Positions 39,319 through 52,659 of a DNA stretch of 64,000 bases are shown here, piece by piece; position 1 is the first letter of the stretch; the number at the start of each line of letters is the position of its first letter. Made by a program: the position numbers and the translations under genes. The stretch comes from Paraspadella gotoi. Lineage: Eukaryota; Animalia; Chaetognatha. The notes under the pieces were generated by a model. It was not told the origin of the DNA. It saw only the letters and a list, made by a program, of their open reading frames with translations, and ran no database searches. Location of the stretch: the NCBI GenBank assembly GCA_051294375.1, contig CM119269.1:7747225-7811224 (forward strand), written 5' to 3'.

Positions 39319-39493
39319 GATGAGCCTCTATGAGACGCGAGCAGAGGGAGAAAGAGAGACAAGACGAGAGAGAGAGAAGAGAGACGAGAGAGGAGAGAGA
39401 GAGAGAGATCGAGATGAGAGAGAGGAGAGCGGCCCTCGGCATCAAGGTCGATGCAAAAAGAATTTCCGACTCTGAAATTTCTCTTTCTTTTGA

Positions 39494-39605
39494 TATAAAA
39501 AAATTCGCAGAACTAATTAATTTCTTGTCAGTTGTTGTTCGTTGTGTGCGTTCGTTTGTACGTTTTAACAATTCCTTATTTTCGCCATCATGCTGTCAGG
39601 TAACG
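39494..39605 (+). promoter_or_regulatory. Candidate core promoter/first exon: TATAAAA, TCAGTT initiator, ATG CTG TCA G|GTAACG
   Basis: TATAAAA 39494-39500, TCAGTT 39528-39533, ATG 39590, donor GT 39600; TATA spacing is slightly longer than canonical. Confidence 0.3.
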
Positions 39606-40501
39606 AATTGAAAATCGCATTAAGAATAGAACGAACGATTGTGATAATTGAATCTGGTGAATGCAGCCTAAGAGTGGACGGTTCGAACACTGCTAATAAA
39701 TGACCCGTCCTGATTGGGCGACAGTTGTTTCACGATAATCAGACAAGTTAATCAATAAATAATAATAAATAAAAATAATACACATTGGTACAGTGTCTCT
39801 TAGTAATATTAATAATGTAGTATGTACATTGTTCAGTGTTCACTGTACAGTGTACACTGTAAATTCAAATAATTCTCTTAATGCTTCATTAAAAATATGG
39901 ATATTAATAAACGTAATCATTGGCCTTTGATCGGCGAGTGTCTCGGGGTTGATTTAGGTCGCCTGGCAACGAACGAGTTGCCCGTTAAACAAGCCGCGAT
40001 TGATTGGCGACTTGTGATCAGTGAAAGAAAAAAACGATTTTCCCTTTTGAAGGCGAAAATTACGAGAGAGAGAGAGAGAGAGAGAGAGAAAGAATAGGGA
40101 GATAAGGGTGGTTTGTGGTTGACCGTTGATGGCAATGGCAATGGTGGGGTCGTAGGAGTATTCCAGTTTTTTTTTATTCTTAAAATTTTTTCGTTTCAAA
40201 AATTCCGATGAAGAAAAGCATTGGAGTTTCGGTATTCCGTTGTTCTCGTAAAAACTTTATGGATTCAAATGTTTTTTTGTTTTTTTGTTTGTTTTTTTCA
40301 AATTTTGAATAAAAATTGAAAAGCGATTAAGTTTTTTTCGATCTCAACGTCGCACAAAAAAAAAGAAAAAAATTCATTAATTGTGTACAATTTTACAACA
40401 TCAAAACAAAAATGTTTCACAAAAACCTCAACGATAACAAAAATAAATTAAAAAAATAGATAACTAAATAAAAAAAAAAATAAATTAACACATATTCTTA
40501 C

Positions 40502-40749
40502 CCTGTTCCGAATCGCGGCGGTCTCGCCTCGCCTTTACAGTTTTGGCCTTTTTTCGCTGGCGGTTGATGCTTCTGCTGTTGCGACTGTGATTGTTGTTGT
40601 TGTTGTTGTTGCTAGGTCATCTTCTCCACTGGGGATACTGGGGCCCGTTTGGCGCTGTTGACGTTGTTGTGTGTTCTTGTTGCTGCTGTTGTTGTCGTTG
40701 TTGTTGTTGTTGTTGGTTTTGGGTCCCGGGATCGGCGACGAAGCAGAAA
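40502..40749 (-). CDS. Candidate exon with (CAA)n tracts; frame unresolved (one stop in each frame, possibly a sequence error)
   Basis: gtcctcttcag acceptor after a ~1-kb pyrimidine tract; CAGG|GTAAGA donor; 3' part reads RQRKKAKTVKARRDRRDSEQ in one frame. Confidence 0.35.
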
Positions 40750-42984
40750 CTGAAGAGGACGACGCGAGGAACAGAGTTAGAGTCAGGACGGAAGGAGGAG
40801 GAGGAGGTAGGAAGGAGGAGGATGGAGGAGGAGGAGAAGGAAGTCGAAGAAGAGGAGGAGAAAAAAGGAGACGAAACGGGAGGAGAAAAGTTATAGACGG
40901 AGGAGAAGGAGGAAGAAGAAAAACAGGACGCAGAAGGAGAAAACTGAGAGGATGAAGGAAAATAGAGAGAAGGGAGATGAAGTCAAGAGTTATTACTTTG
41001 GTTATTAGTAGAAATAGAGGAAAGTATAAGTTAAAGGCAGGGGGAAAATTAGGAGGGAGACATTTTAAAAAAAGGGAGAGAAAGTTTGAAAATAAGATGA
41101 AATAAAACAATAATAGAAAAGACGAGAAGGAGCTTGGGAAAGTTAAAGAAAGAAAAAAAAAAGAAAGTTATAATTTGGAGAAAGAAGAAGAAAGAATGTT
41201 GAGAAGAAGAGAAGGAAAAGAGAGGGAGTGAGAGAAAGGAAAGGAATGAGGGAGAAAAGGAAAAGGAGGAAGAAAGGAAGAGGAGCAGAAAGAAAGAAAA
41301 AAGGGGAAAGAGGAAAGGAAAAGAGAGGTGGAGGAAAAAAGAAAATGGAGGAAGAGGAGAGGAAGGGGTGAAGCGAAAATGAGGAGAAAAAAGACAATTG
41401 AGAATAGGAGAAAATTAAGGAAAGAGGATGTGAAAAAAGGGAGTAGAGGAGGAGGAAAGAAAAAGGGAGGAAAAGGAAGATAAGAAAATGGGAGAAAGAG
41501 GAGGAAAGGAAGTGAGAGGAGGAAAGAAAATGAAAGGAAGAGGAAAAGGAGAAAATGGAAGAAAGAGGAGGAAAGGAAGTGAGAGAAAGAGGAGGAAAGA
41601 AAATGGGAGGAAGAGGAAGAGGAGAAAATGGGAGGAAAAGGAAGAAAGGGGTAAATGAGAAAGTGCGCTATCGAAGTCTAGTAAAGGAGGAGGAGGAGGA
41701 GGAGGAGGAGGAAGAGGAGGACGAGAAGGAGGAAGAGGAGACGAAAATAAAAATTGTCTCGTTCTCAAAAAAAAATAATATATAACTGAATATTATAAGA
41801 TTATGAATTTTCTCCGACATCAACGAGAAAAAGAGAAAACAGATTTAATTTGTTACAATGAAAAGAAAAACATTTAAAAAAAATTATATTTAATTTCTAT
41901 TTTTTTATTTTAAATTTAGTCTAAAATTTCTTTTGGGAAAGTCTTCTAGGAGATATTACACTGAAATGCGCGTCGAAATTAAAAAAGATATTATTACGTA
42001 GTCGTAGGAAACATTTTATTACAGTACATTAACGATATTTATTTATTTATTTATTTTAACATTTTATCGCAGTACATTAACGATATTCAACGATCGCCCT
42101 GTAAGAAAAATAGAAATTACTACAGCGCGAGATGGTTAGCAACAACATTAATTTGTTATTACTCATTTTCCCATGCGATTTATGTACCTTTTTTTTTCAA
42201 TATATATAACCTGAGGACAGAGGGTTGAACTGACTCGCGAACAGACAGAGAAATCTATAAGCGTCTTACTCAGTTTGCGGATCTCTCGCGATTAAGAAAT
42301 GGAGAAAGAGAAATCCCTCTTACGTCATAGAGGTAAGGCGAGGTAAGGAAGACGAGTCTGACGCAGAGTAAACATCAGCGCCGCGACGAGAGTGAAAGAG
42401 TCGCCTCGATTCTATTTATTTTCTCGCCGCCAGGGGGCGAGGGACCGACAGACCGACCTAGAGACTGTGTTTACCGACAGTTTTAACCTAAATATTTATT
42501 GTTTATTTTCTTTTTCTTTTTAGTTGAAGGAACAAATTGAAGAGACGAGAAATCGAGAAGAGATTAAAAGTAAACATTGAAAATTCGTCTTCGCGCGAGA
42601 AAAAGGGACGGGGAAACAGAATAAGAAACAAGAGAAGAAACATAAAAAGAAACAGAACAAAAACCTTGAAATAAATATAAAAATAATTAAAAAGAAAAAC
42701 GATTTAAAAGGAAGCAGAAAAAGAATTAAAACAAAAAGAGTTAAAAAAAAACGGAATAAAAACAGAAAAAGAAACAGAATAAGAAGCAGAGAGAGCAAAG
42801 ACCGCAAATTCAGCGGGCTCTCAATTCCTGATGAGGATTTCAAGACTGTTGATGCTGTGAGATGAGTTGTTGACACTCATAACTTTTACATTTTCAGNNN
42901 NNNNNNNNNNNNNNNNNNNNNNTTCAGTTGAGTCACATTGATAAGGAAGCAGGTAACTCTGGAGTGAATAAACGGGACTTGTTC

Positions 42985-45900
42985 GAGAGAGTCTTGATTG
43001 GAAAGCTTTGCAAGGGACCTGCTAATGGTAATCGTATCTTGTAGAGAGTGATGGAGGCTTAAACACTGTCACCAAAGCCTGTTCGCAAGTCAGGGGGCAA
43101 GAGTAGCTTTATTTATTAAATGAATTGGATAACTTTTTATAATTGTTGTACCAATTTAATAAGTTTAGTCGAACTAGTAGCAGTCAGCGCGATTGGAGGC
43201 GATACAGTGCGATATTTGTGAGGCGATTCAGGCCGGATTAGGGATTCCACAGGCGGATACAGACATGCAGGGCGATTCTGACGAATGCAGCGATTCAGGC
43301 GATTCGGGCGATTCAGGCGATACAGGCCGATCGCCTCTCTAGTTCTATTCTGGGACAATAAATAATAAACGGCGATCTCGAATCGAGCGTACAGAGTATT
43401 TTGTCGGGATATGTCTAACTAAATCTGCCTGGAATTACGACAGACGACGAACGACGACGACGACAACGTATTGTGTTCGATTCTCGCGATGATGACGACT
43501 GACGACGTATAGCTGTCTTCCTCTCCTTCCCGTCACCTTTGTCTTATCTGCTGAAAAATCGTTAATTTTCTTCTTTTCACTTGATATCTCGCATTTCAAT
43601 TATATTGTAATTACGGAAAGGTGTTAGTGAATGCGAAGGTTAAGGTAGAGTAGGAAATGATATTAAGATATCAGTGTATGATGGGGATATGGATGAGAAG
43701 GAACAGATTATTATTAGTAGTACAGTTGTAGCATGGGAAGGATTGGAAGGAAAATATTAAGGATGAACGGGAATGTGTAGAGAAATGTGATATATGATAA
43801 CAGATTTATTATGTGAGATGTATTATCAAATTCGATAGTTGGAGGCATACAAGGAAAATTTTTAAGGTCACAATAGCTTCCCTGAAGAATCTAGAAGTTG
43901 AGCCGATGATGCGCGAGATTATAAAAGGTGAGTATACGCCAGGCAAACGTGGTAGAGTTGAGCGATCTTAATGTATAATAACGGTGAGATAGAAGGAAAT
44001 GTCGCAAGGAACCATTGCAGGAAACGGTAAGAAAGGAACTTCAATAACGCAAAAGTAAAGGAAGAGGGGAAAGAAAGAGAGGAAGGATACGCAAGAGGAA
44101 GGAACGATTGGATGGTGAAGACGAAAATAGAAAGGCGAGGAATAGTATCATAAGGATAAGAGGAAAGGGAAAGGGAGCGAAGGGCGCCCAGCGTCGAAGT
44201 GGTAAAGATTCACCGGAGTACAAGAAAATCAGGGGACAGATGGAACTTCGCCGTGAACACAGATATTCGAGGCGTTGGACGATGAAATTTGTTGAAGAAA
44301 TATTCCGGAGTGAACGACGATCGACGAGGCAACGGTACGCTGACGATCTCATCTGAGCTAGTTACCTCTATGTGATACGTACGAGCCGACTCTGCCACAG
44401 GTGAAGCGAAGGCCAAATTAGAAGCAGGTGTAGCTATCCGTTCTCGGAACACCGTTTTTTGTTGCGGCCGATCTGGGTCGAGGTCAGGCGAGAAGACGTG
44501 ATGAATAGTAGGGGATCGTTGGGTGAAGGTTAAGAAGAAAGGAGTGAGGCTCAACTTAAAACTCGTTTCCTACAGCATTTTAATAACCTCGTTCTCTCCT
44601 TTCCAGTTATTTTTGTATCGCGTCTCGTTCGTCGCTCGTCGGTACTAGGGAGCAGAAGTTTCATCTCGCTCGTCGTCATTTTATGATCCCGTTCACCACT
44701 TCATATTGGGTATTGCACAACACCAAATTTAGCTAGTGTGTTTGACGTGGGGTCTCAGTTGGTCCGATTTGTCCTTACTGGGGCCCTTACCACATGTGAA
44801 CGAGTAGGCGTGGTCGCGCGTTTCGCTCCTTGTGTCGCTTTCCTTTTCCTTTTATAATCGGCGTTCTGTGGTTTGTTTCCTCAATGGTCGTCTTTCTTCT
44901 CCTCTCCTTTGTTCTCGCGCCGCTTTCCTTTCCTCTTTATGGGCTTTTTTGTTTTCTTTCTAGTGATCGTGTGCGTCAATGTGGATCCTTTCCTTTCTTC
45001 TCGCGCTGCGCTTTTGTGGTTTTGGGCCTTTCCCTTTCCTTTCTCGAGACTACCGTGTTGTATGTGCGCGTCCGCTCAACTTGCGAATTCTGCAGAATAT
45101 TGTGCCCTTAAATTTTGTCTCGTCAAACTTCATTTTTGATTGTCATCTCTGCCTTGGATCTGTTTCTTTCCTTCTCTACTTCCCAGTCTCTCTTTATTTT
45201 CCTTCTCTCCTTCCCCATCTGCCTTCTCATCGTTTCTATTCCTTGACTCTAAATCCCTTCCGAAACGCATGCTGAAAGGCAAGTGACATATAACTCGAGC
45301 GATTAGTGTATGAGTGGACGATATCCCGTATACGAAGAAGGAAAATGACTTTAGAATTTCATATCATGCAAAGAAAGAAATTCTGTAAACGTTCCTTCTC
45401 CGACACATTTCCCAGCTTTTCTATTATTATTTAAATGAAGAGAATATCGATGAAAAAAGAAATGAAAAGATGAACAGTTTTTCGACTGAAAGATAAATGA
45501 GAGTTGAGAAAGAAAGGGAGAAGGAGAGAAGAAAGATAAAGAAAGAGAGGAAACTTGCCGGTGTCGTCGTCCTGCAATCAGTGTACGTCACATCGTTGTC
45601 GTGCCGTCCGTCGTCGTCGTCGTCCGTTATCCATGGGCTAATTTGTTTGCTTATCCCCCAAAAATACTCTTCGCTCGAAAATCGAGTCGTGCGGTTTTTT
45701 ATTTTTTTTACCGCCAGAATTGACTACAGAGGGCAATCGCCTGAAATCGGCCTGAAGAAGAAGCGCCCGAATCGCCTGAATCGACGCTTAGATTCGGTCA
45801 AGAATCGCCTGCATGGTCTAGAATGAAGCCATGATGCCTAATACGCTGAATCGCGGGCCTCAATCGCCTGTATCGCCTCAAATTACGACCTGACTGCTAC

Positions 45901-46090
45901 TGGAAGTTCGACTAATTATGAAAATTGGTGACAAGCCAGATAATAAGAAAATTCATCATTCATTTAATAAAATAGCCTATGTGCCCCTGAACTTTGGACA
46001 GGCTTTGATGGTTTAAGAGGACCTCCATCCTGCTTAGCAAGATAATTACATGAGCGAGAGCTCCCTGGCAGCTTTCAATCAAGACGTCTA
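42985..46090. repeat. Very noisy fold-back centred at ~44550 (probable raw-read artefact)
   Basis: 42985-43340 mirrors ~45725-46090; the inner arms are degraded versions of ~51480-52140. Confidence 0.8.
43050..43335. mobile_element. TTGGTTGTACCAATT family arm followed by a 9-bp minisatellite (CAGGCGATT)n
   Basis: 43050-43158 is the reverse complement of 17110-17207; AGGCGATTC/AGGCGATAC units at ~43195-43330. Confidence 0.5.
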
Positions 46091-46109
46091 CTCACAGTCC
46101 GGTTATGTC

Positions 46110-47246
46110 AAAAGAAGGAGATGGGGAAGGAGAGAAGGAAAAATAAAGAGAACGGGAAGGAGAGAAGGAAAGAAAAGATAAGGAGATGAAACAAAATGAA
46201 GTTGAGAGAAAATTTAAGGACAATATCTGAGAATTAGAAGTTGAGCGAGAGCGGAGAATAAAAGGGAGACGGAAGGAAAGGAAAGGAAAAAAAAGGAGAG
46301 GAGAAGAAAGGAAGGAACATTGAGGACACGAAAAGAAAGGAAACAAAAAGCAAAGGAAAGGAAAGGGGAAAAAAGGAGAGGAGAAGAAAGGAAGGAACAT
46401 TGAGGAAANNNNNNNNNNNNNNNNNNNNNNNNNNNNNNNNNNNNNNNNNNNNNNNNNNNNNNNNNNNNNNNNNNNNNNNNNNNNNNNNNNNNNNNNNNNN
46501 NNNNNNNNNNNNNNNNNNNNNNNNNNNNNNNNNNNNNNNNNNNNNNNNNNNNNNNNNNNNNNNNNNNNNNNNNNNNNNNNNNNNNNNNNNNNNNNNNNNN
46601 NNNNNNNNNNNNNNNNNNNNNNNNNNNNNNNNNNNNNNNNNNNNNNNNNNNNNNNNNNNNNNNNNNNNNNNNNNNNNNNNNNNNNNNNNNNNNNNNNNNN
46701 NNNNNNNNNNNNNNNNNNNNNNNNNNNNNNNNNNNNNNNNNNNNNNNNNNNNNNGAACGAGTTTTAACGAGCCACTCTTTTCTCTCCCTTCATATTTATG
46801 TCTTCTCCGACCGGGAGAAATTTCATTCTCTCACTTTGGGAGNNNNNNNNNNNNNNNNNNNNNNNNNNNNNNNNNNNNNNNNNNNNNNNNNNNNNNNNNN
46901 NNNNNNNNNNNNNNNNNNNNNNNNNNNNNNNNNNNNNNNNNNNNNNNNNNNNNNNNNNNNNNNNNNNNNNNNNNNNNNNNNNNNNNNNNNNNNNNNNNNN
47001 NNNNNNNNNNNNNNNNNNNNNNNNNNNNNNNNNNNNNNNNNNNNNNNNNNNNNNNNNNNNNNNNNNNNNNNNNNNNNNNNNNNNNNNGAGTTGGGAACGA
47101 AGTTGAATAAATCGAACGGAAAGAAGGAAAATGACGAGTGAGAGTGAGATATCGTATACGAAGAAGGAAAATGAAAGTAATAAAGAAAAAAAGAAAGAAA
47201 GAAAAAAAGAAAGAAAGAAAGAAAGAAAGAAAGAAAAAAGAAAGAT

Positions 47247-47285
<39 letters not shown>

Positions 47286-48227
47286 AAGAAAGATAGAAAT
47301 AAAGAAAGAAAGATAGAAATAAAGAAAGAAAAATAGAAATAAAGAAAGATAGAAATAAAGAAAGATAGAAAGAAAGAAAGAAAGAAAGAAAGTAAAAAAG
47401 AAAGAAAAAGTAAAAAGTATGGAATTAAAGGGAGAGAAAAGGATAACAAAGAAAATAAAATAAAAAGATAAGAAAAGTAAGAAAAAGAAAGTAAAGAAGG
47501 AAATGAAGAAAACAAGTGATAAGGAAAAGAAAAAGAAAAAGGGAAAGAAAAGAAAAAGAAAAGAAATAAGGTAAACCGGGTTAAAAAAGAAAATGTTTTA
47601 TGTCCACGATTCGCGGAGTGCGAGAAGGGGGAAGGGGGAGGCGACATTCGGGATTATATAATATAATATAATATATATAATGATATTATATTGGTTGTAC
47701 CAATTTCATAAAAGTGAGATCCTTTCATTCCACGCCAGCTTTCTCCTGATTATTAAATTAATAGTAGTCTTAATCTGGATTCAGTATCCACTTCTTTTAT
47801 ACTATGACAGTCGTTGCCAACTCCATCTAAAAATTCATTCACATAATTTAATAAACGAGACATGTATGCATCCTGATTTTCTGACAGACTTTGGCCTGAA
47901 ATAGCACCTTCAACCTTTTTACAAGAATTAAGATCTTTTTGTCAGAAGAACTACGCCTTTTTCGATATCAACAATTACATCTGAACCCCATTTTTATTTG
48001 CTTTGTTATTTCTTGATTCTTAATCTTCTGCAAAGGCCTTGTCTCTCTCTATCTCTCTCTCTCTCTCAAATGGTTTTTAAAGGAACAAATACCAAATACA
48101 TACAATTTTAAATTTTGTTTTACGTCCAACGTATGTCTGACTGTCTGTAGTCTTTAATGAAAAAGACTCTATAAGCCGCTTCGAATCGCGCAGCTCAGGC
48201 GTCGTTGTTGTTATCATTATCATTATA

Positions 48228-48294
<67 letters not shown>

Positions 48295-48449
48295 CTCTTC
48301 TCTCTCTATCTCTCTCATCTCTCCTCTCTCTCTCCTTCCTGGTTATCTTCTTCTACTCCCACATACATGAAGAAAATATTGCGAAAAAAAAATATACGAA
48401 CGGGGCCAAACATTTTGGGCCCACGACTATGATAGACTGCCTCAGAGAG

Positions 48450-48489
<40 letters not shown>

Positions 48490-48532
48490 AGAGAGAGAGA
48501 GAGAGAGGGAGAGAGAGAGACGAGAGAAGGAC

Positions 48533-48569
<37 letters not shown>

Positions 48570-50302
48570 CAGAGAGAGAGAGTGAGAGAGGTATAATATT
48601 AACATATCTTGTATTTATTCAATACAGGAATCAACGGAGCGAATCCTGCGCTCGGGTTTGCGGGTAAGTAATTTATAAATAACTATGAATATTTAAATTT
48701 ATTAAAACTGACAGAATCTATAATTAATAAATTACAACAATATTGAAAAAAATTTAATAAATAAATTTATAATTTGCTAACACACTCATTTTTATAAAAT
48801 TTTAAGAAATTCCCTTTGTTCGACATCAAAAAATAAGAAAAGGAGGAACTTTCTTAACTCTATCGTGCCGCATAACGTTTATCATTTCAATTTTTTTCGT
48901 CGTTTTGACTTTTGAGATCATAATTTACTTATCATTTTAATAACATCGATCTTAACTTTAATCGAAATGAGAGCGGGGTTGACGTTTTCGTCGTCGTCGA
49001 TCGTCGTCGTTCATTATTTTTCCTATGAAAAGTAAAATCCTCATTGTCGACCACTGGACGTAATCCGATCTCTGGGGTGGAAGCAAAGGGGAAAAAAAGT
49101 AATATATACGTAATTAAATACTGGTGAGTAAGGCCGTAGTAGAATTTCTAAATTTAAACTTTAATTAAAATTCTTAAAAGTGAGACACGAACAACATTTT
49201 ATATATAACCATTTTATTGTAAATAAAAAAATTTTATAATAAATTTTACAATTTACGCAGTTGGCCATGATTTATAATAGTACTAAACCCAATAAATGTT
49301 AAATTCAAAACCAGTTTTTTGTAAGGATTTTTTTGCCAGATTTTGGATTCGTCATAAAAAAGTTGATAAAAAGACAACTATAAACTCTTTTGAAAAATTC
49401 CTTCATTAAGTGCGCGTCAAAAATGACGAAAAAGCCTATATTTTAAGCGAAAATTACTTATTTCTAATTAAATATAGTCTTTTTTAATCTTTTAACCCAC
49501 TTAATGAAAGAATTTTTAAAAATGAACTTATATCTTCTTCTTTTATCAACGTTTTACGAGGGAATTTCAAATCTGCCCCAATCCAAAGATTAAGAAAAGC
49601 CTATTTTCGAAATTTTTCGATTTTATTAAAGGTTTCAGTTACTATAATAAATATAGCCTACTGCGAAATTAAAAAACACTAAAATTAATTTTTTTTACAA
49701 ATTAATGTTCACTGATGGTATGTTGTTCGATAATTGACTCTTTAGAATTATTGTACTGAACTTCACTTACCGCCCTACTGGTGCAGCCGCATTAACAAAA
49801 ATTACTCAAAGGCTTGATTAGAAAAGTCAAATTGCACTGCAGGTCTTTGTTATTCGCCGTCGTCCTCCTTCGTCGTCTCGGCCGTCGGCGTAGCCTCGAG
49901 TACTGTAAGTGGATCTGAGTGCATTTGCCAATTTATTTTAAGAATTAGGACAGATCGTTTCTTTTATGTTAAAATAGATAAATACAAAAACAAAAGTCTA
50001 CTAAACGAAATCAACGCGCGCGACTTTTTCTTTATTTTTTTTTACAATTGTCCGAGAAATTTAAAAAATAATCAATAATATAAATTAATATTCTATCCCA
50101 ATAAAATCAGGAGAATTCTATTAGAAATTTTAAATTCAATGGAAACCAAAATTTTAAGACGATCATGAAAATAATTTTCCTTTTCATGCAGAATCGATTA
50201 AGATCCGAAAGGCTCGAGGGGTCCTGCCTTTACCTTTTCTCCTCGTTATTCCTTCACCTCAACTTACCTCAAAGGATTCAGGGATCTTTTCTTTTGGTCT
50301 CG

Positions 50303-50346
<44 letters not shown>

Positions 50347-52005
50347 CTCCTCTCTCTCTCTCTCTCTTCTCTCCTCTCTCTCTCTCTCTCTCCTGGCGTG
50401 GAATGAAAGCGATCTCACTTTTGAAATTGGTACAACCATATACTATTAGTCATTAATATACTATTATATTATATTATATCAATCCCCCGACATTCGGCCT
50501 CCCCCTATCCCCCTTCTCGCCACTCCGCGAATCGTGGACCATTAAAAACATTTCTTTTTTTAACCCCGTGTTTACCCTTATTCTTTCTTTTCTCTTTTCT
50601 TTCGCTCTTTTCTTCTTTATTTTCTTTTCCTGTATGCACTTTTTTCTGTCATTTCCTTTCTTTACTTTCTTTTTCTTAACTTTTTCTTATCTTTTTATCT
50701 TATTTTCTTTGTTATCCTTTTCTCTCCCTTATCCACTTATTTAATTTCGTTTACTTTCTTTCTTATTTCTTCCTTTTTTACTTCGTTTTTTCTTTCTTTC
50801 TTTATTCTTCTTCTCTTTTTCTTTTCTTTTCTCTTTCTTTCTTTCTTCTTTCTTCTATCTCTTTTTTTTCTTTTCTATCTTCTTCTTTATTTCTATTTTC
50901 TTTTCTTTACTTTCTTATCTTTTTTCTCTTCTTTTTCTTCTACCTTTCTTTCTTTGATCTTTCTATTCTTTCTTCTTCTATCTTTCTTTCTTTCTTTCTT
51001 ATCTTTTCTTTATTTCTAATCTTTCTTCTTTCTTTCCTTTCTTTCTTTTCGTTTTTCTTTCTTTTCTATTCTTTCTATCCTTTCTTTTTTTCTTTACTTT
51101 CTTTCTATTCTCTTCATTCTTCGTATGACGATATACTCACTCTCAACTTCCGCTCATTTTCCTTTCTTTCCGTTTCGATTTATTCAACTTCGTTCCCAAC
51201 TCCACCCACCCCACCCTTTTTTAAACCCACCCATCCACCATCCTCTAACCCACCCTCCACCTTTCTAATCACCCCGCAGCCCATTTTCTACCCCACCCCC
51301 CCACCCAGTTAACAACCACCCACCCCATTTCCTCTCCCACCCCGACCCCCATTTTCTCCCAACAAGTTAGAGATGAAATTTCTCCCGCGTGCCGGCGAAG
51401 ACATAAATTATGGAAGGGAAGAACAAAGCAGTGGCCTCGGTTACAAAACTCAGTTCTATCCAGAGCCTCCAAAAACCTGTTCCGTTTTCGTCGTCGTTCG
51501 TCGTCCGTCGTGTCGTACTGGTCGTCGTCGTCGTTCGTCAAAATTCGATTCGTCACTCCATATTTTTCACCCAAATTTGGCATGTTCACGGGGTCTCCAC
51601 TTGTCCACCTTGATTCTTCTTACTCCTTCCACTCGACTGGCGCACCCTTCGCTCACGTTTCCTTTCCTTTCCTTTTTTATTTCCTTTCCTTTTCGTTTCC
51701 TTCAATGTTCCCTTCCTTTCTTCTCCTCTCCTTTTTCCAATTTCCTTTCCTTTGCTTTTTGTTTCCTTTCTTTTCGTCGCCTCAATGCTTACTATCCTTT
51801 CTTCTCCTCTCCTTTTTTTTCCTTTCCTTTCCTTCCCGTCTCCCTTTTATTCTCCGCTCTCGCTCCAATTCTAATTCTCAAGATATTAGTCCTTAAATCT
51901 TTTCCTCCTCAACTTCATTTTGTTTCAATCTTCCTTTATCTTTTTCTTTCCTCCTTCCTTCCCGTTCTCTTATTTTCCTTCTCTCCTTCCCCATCTCCTT
52001 CTCTT
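46110..52005. repeat. Inverted duplication: ~46110-47748 mirrors ~50393-52005, with an internal fold-back ~49120-49780
   Basis: GTACCAATTTC...GTGAGATCCTTTCATTCCACGCCAG (47697-47738) mirrors 50393-50433; 47090-47660 mirrors ~50480-51200. Confidence 0.85.
48628..48663 (+). CDS. Candidate 36-nt mini-exon (phase 1-1; INGANPALGFA)
   Basis: ttgtatttattcaatacag acceptor and GG|GTAAGT donor; GC-rich in an AT-rich context; true orientation uncertain because it lies inside the inverted region. Confidence 0.4.
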
Positions 52006-52396
52006 TTCTTTCCTTCTTCTCCTTCCCCATCTCCTTCTCTGTCTTCTTTCCCTTCTCCCTTTCCTTCCCTTCTCCCTTTCCCTTTTCTTTTTACATGCGG
52101 ATTCTGAAAAGAAATTGAACAGTTTTTTCGATTGCAGATGACGGGGTGACGGGGGATCTCTCTCTTTTNNNNNNNNNNNNNNNNNNNNNNNNNATTGACC
52201 AAAAAAAAATATTCTACTCTAACTAGTAAATAATTGATTTTTCAATGATTAAATTGAGAGTCATTTTTTTTCCACTTTTCTCATGGTAGTATAACTTTCC
52301 TGTTTTGCTTTGTTTGTATTGAATTATTTATCGGAAATAATTCTTCGTGCATTATTGACGTTGCGACGCAATTTGTGATTAACGAGAGACGCACAC

Positions 52397-52510
<114 letters not shown>

Positions 52511-52558
52511 TCTCCCTCCTTCTCCTTTGCTCGGCTCATTCTCATTTTATTTTCTCAC

Positions 52559-52659
52559 TTGTATGTCCCTCGTTGGCGCGTTTCTTGCAGATTCTGGCAG
52601 CGTCTTCGCCGCCGATGTCGCCCACGGACGCTGTGGGGGCGAAACTGGCCACGACGTTC
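52559..52659 (-). CDS. Candidate internal exon (101 nt; all three frames open)
   Basis: cctttcctcccatcgcag acceptor, GTGAGA donor, GC-rich. Confidence 0.45.
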
